Source: a virus
Lineage: Duplodnaviria; Heunggongvirae; Uroviricota; Caudoviricetes
Reading direction: 5' to 3' (one strand)
DNA length: 64,000 bases
Virus record (IMG/VR): IMGVR_UViG_3300028591_000001
Span: 51,547 to 115,546 of that record
Both the position numbers and the translations under genes were made by a program. The notes under the pieces were generated by a model. It was given only the letters and a program-made list of their open reading frames with translations. It did no database searches and was not told the origin of the DNA. This document shows, piece by piece, positions 60,841 to 64,000 of this stretch (the first letter of the stretch is position 1; every line of letters starts with the position of its first letter).

Positions 60841-62382
60841 TTAAGCTGCCCAAGGACCTTGATTATTAGTTTTCATATAATTTACAAGCTTAATAATATC
60901 AAGTATCGAGCATTGTGTAATTGTACTACTTTCTCCTGGAGCAATTGTAATACCTTCTACTGTAAGATTATTTGAAGCATGATTATTTACTCCAACCACT
61001 TTAAGTATTCCACAATCTTTTTCTGCATTTTTCTTAGTAAGTTTATACTAAACTTCTATACCATTATCAGTTTCTCCAAAGTTAAAACTAGAACCAAAAT
61101 CAAGAATACCTCCAAGTTTTAACTCAGAACCTGATTCTATTTTAATAGCTGGAGCAGCTACTTCAGTAAATGAGAAGTATTGTGTTCCATTAGTGTATAT
61201 TGTAGCATTAATAGGAAGACTAATAAAATCTCCTTCATTAAATATACTTCCAGCAGCAACAGAAGTTAATGCAGCAATTTTAGTAGAAATATTACTAATT
61301 TCAATAGCTGTAGATGGATCTGCTGGGGTTTCTTCAATAACTATTGTATAAGTAGGATTAGTTGCAATTTCAATAGCTCCTTTGTTTGTAATTTTGGCAT
61401 GACGGTCTTTAGCTCCATTTAAAGCAAAGGCAGTTTTAATAATATCTTTAGTAGTGCATTGTTCATCATTACTATCAATTATATCATAAAAATCATCAGC
61501 CTATTTTACATATTTCTTCTCTGCAGTAGAAGGTTTTCCTATTGGAGTATTATCATCATAAACAGCTTTAGAATTATCAACTGTTTGACGAGTAGCCATT
61601 TTCCAAATACCATCTCTTTTAAAGCGATATTCGTCTGTGTACAATGAAGATTTTTCTGTATTAAAAGTACCAAATTCTAATCCATCACCACCACCGTGTT
61701 CAAATTTAATTTTATTCATATTACCATCACCATCATAACCTTTAGGCTATAAAGCAATACCACCATGTTTTTCACAACGTAAATCAATAGCTTGAGCACG
61801 AACTTTTAAATACCCTCTTTCATCTCTTTCAGATTCTTGTCCAGAATCAAGAATATCTCCAGTAAGAATTCTTACATCTAATGTTTTAGCATCAGAATCT
61901 TTAAATAAAGCCTCTGAGGTATCTGTCCCAGTATTTTTATCTTTTTTTCTTGTAGCAGTTTTAGGATTATTAGTAGTTCCTACTGCAAAATCAATTTCAC
62001 CTGCTACTATCTAAAATTTTACTGGATTATCAGAATCGTCAATATTTTTTAATACAACCTTATCCCTTTTCTTTGGTTCTCTATGATGTGAACAGAATTG
62101 GATATCATCTCCAGGTTTTAAAGCAATGTCACCATAGTTTCCAGAATATCCTTGAGGATTTTTATTATCCCAAGCAGGTTCAATATTTATATTTTTAGTA
62201 CTTCCTAAGGTAACATTACCTTTAGCACTAGTTGATAAAATTCCTGAAGGATCTATTACAACAGGAGTTCCCCCATTATTTTCTGAGTCTACAATCTCAT
62301 TTACTTTATTTACAAGAGAATTAAATTCTGATGCTTCTAAATGATCCCCAGTAGATTTAGTCTAAATATTAAGTCTATTCAT
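60841..62382 (-). CDS. Putative fibre/spike structural protein (513 aa)
   Basis: MNRLNI(Q)TKSTGDHLEASEFNSLVNKVNE; includes track ORF 61501-61719 in frame. Confidence 0.7.
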
Positions 62383-62390
62383 AATTTATT

Positions 62391-62825
62391 TTATGTAAAT
62401 ATTAATGGGAAATTTCCTCCAAAACTAGAACTAGAACTAGAGTTTTCCCCAAATATTAATGGGAAGGTATCTCCAAAACAAGAACCAGAACCTTCCGAAC
62501 TTTTACGTTCTACTATAATATATAAAGTATCTCTTTTATAAGTTGTTAAAGAATCATATTCTTCCTAAGTTAAAAAAATGTGTTCAACAAGATCCCTTGG
62601 AGACTATTCTAACTCCTAAATTCTCTAAGAAAGAGCCTCAATCTCTCCTTGAAGTTCTGGATTATTTCCACTAGAATTTTTAACAGCCTAAATCTCATTA
62701 TAAATATCTTCGTTTATATCTTGTTGATTTCTACCTAATCTTAAATCTTTAATTTGATTAGCTAGTGCAACTACATGCTCAACAGAATTATCAAATAATG
62801 TACCTATTATATTTAAAAAATCCAT
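62391..62825 (-). CDS. Hypothetical structural protein (144 aa)
   Basis: LT(Q)EEYDSL...DTLYII motif and duplicated C-terminal FG..FPLIF. Confidence 0.7.
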
Positions 62826-62827
62826 AG

Positions 62828-64000
62828 TTATTTAATATAATAAGTTAAGTGAGAAACATCTAAAGCGGAATTACTTCTATAGTAATATAAATCATTTATA
62901 TTATCTATAGTTAACATTTTAACTTCATATGTAAATCCTCGATCTGTTGCTACAGCCTATATTCTATAAGGAGATATTATCCATAAATAATTTCCACTGA
63001 CAGTATTTTCTAAAGATTCTGTCATTGTCATATTAGCTACAACTTTCTTAGTAAAATCTTGAAAATTTAAGTTTTCTGGAGTTTCTTCAGAGCTAAATCC
63101 AAGATATGTTGGAAGAACTAAATTTACTGTTCCAGAACAAGTAGCTGTTTCTTCTCCATAATAACAAGTAGCATTAAAAGTTGTAACTCCTTTTTCCTGT
63201 ACTTCTGCAATATAAGTTCTACCAATATTAGCAGTAATTCCTCTGTATTTCAATTCTATAGAATCTGGAACTACCGTATTATCTCCTTTTTTAACAGAAC
63301 AAGTAATAGAAATATTTTTTACAGTACCAGTATATTCTACTAAAGTAGGAGATACATACATTGTTGCTTTTAAAGGATTTTGAAGATTATATAAATCTTG
63401 TTTTGTAACATAATTACTTAAATCTATAGTTGCTCCAGAACCTCCTTGAATTTCTATATCTCCTTCTCCGAGAACAGATTCTCCATTAATAGTTTTAATA
63501 TTAACTCCTGAAAGTAACAAAGGCTATAAACTTTCTAAATCAATTAATTTAGCATATTCAGATAAATCAAGGCTTATATCATAAGTTCCAGAAGAAACCC
63601 ATTCATTTATTTTATATTTATACACATACCAGGTTCCTTCTATATTTACTATAGCCCAATCTCCATCCTAACCTTCTGGACAAGATTCTAAGAGTTCTTC
63701 ATATGAAGAATAATAACCTTTAGATTTTTCATCTTTTGGTTTTAAATCCTCTAGACGTCTTATAAGATCATCTTCAGTAACATATCTACTTAATAATGAT
63801 GTATCTACTTTATTATTTATTAATTGTCGTAATAAATTTAGTCTATATATTATACCTAAATTTTCTAAAACTTGAAGTTTTTCCTCTTCAGTCGAAAATT
63901 CAGATAGAAATTTTTCTTTTATTAAATAATTAAGAAAACCTTCTCTAACTGGAATACATATGTTTTCATAATTATTTTTATTTTTATAGTACTATTGATT
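62828..64000 (-). CDS. Fibre-like structural protein (partial, starts beyond the right edge)
   Basis: Frame is open from the window end to TAA 62828 with TAG=Q; LLSGVNIKTINGESVLGEGDI motif typical of Bacteroidetes phage fibres. Confidence 0.7.

Noticed and set aside
414..62541. All plus-strand ORFs in the track
   Set aside because: They are antisense shadows of minus-strand genes, with F/S/I/L-rich composition and no recognisable motifs.
63922..63969. ATG at 63969 as the start of the last gene
   Set aside because: It opens only a 15-codon frame; the real gene is in another frame and begins outside the window.
1..64000. Interpreting the fragmented ORFs as a decayed prophage or pseudogenes
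   Set aside because: Breaks are TAG only, with no frameshifts in any gene whose fragments could be frame-checked; recoding explains them.
1..64000. CRISPR array, tRNA genes, inteins
   Set aside because: No repeat-spacer periodicity, cloverleaf or intein terminal motifs recognised by eye; a dedicated scan could still find some.

Overview
AT-rich (roughly 27-30% GC by eye) late/structural gene block of a crAss-like (Crassvirales) Bacteroidetes phage, coded entirely on the minus strand. The supplied ORF track is fragmented because TAG is read as a sense codon, almost certainly Gln (genetic code 15). Reading TAG as Q joins the fragments into about 40 tightly packed genes that end in TAA/TGA, many with ATGA-type overlaps. 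In transcription order (right to left) the window holds fibre/spike genes, a 2462-aa protein with a CotH-kinase-like domain, a GC-rich TAG-free receptor-binding (LRR) cassette fused in frame into two flanking genes, a six-gene accessory module of unknown function, a collagen-like fibre, a scaffold-like protein, and the major capsid gene. The capsid gene is split into five exons (one only 33 nt) by four group I introns; two carry GIY-YIG homing endonucleases and one has a non-canonical 5' splice site. Downstream are ring/tail proteins, IHF-like proteins, tail stabilisation proteins, putative ejected cargo proteins sharing a short [YF]-x-x-G-G motif, a tail lysozyme, a holin-like gene, and a >3900-aa giant virion protein with a full set of SF1 helicase motifs. 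Gene models were derived by hand from frame arithmetic and spot translation; the longest genes were not checked codon by codon, and family assignments come from motif recognition, not database searches.
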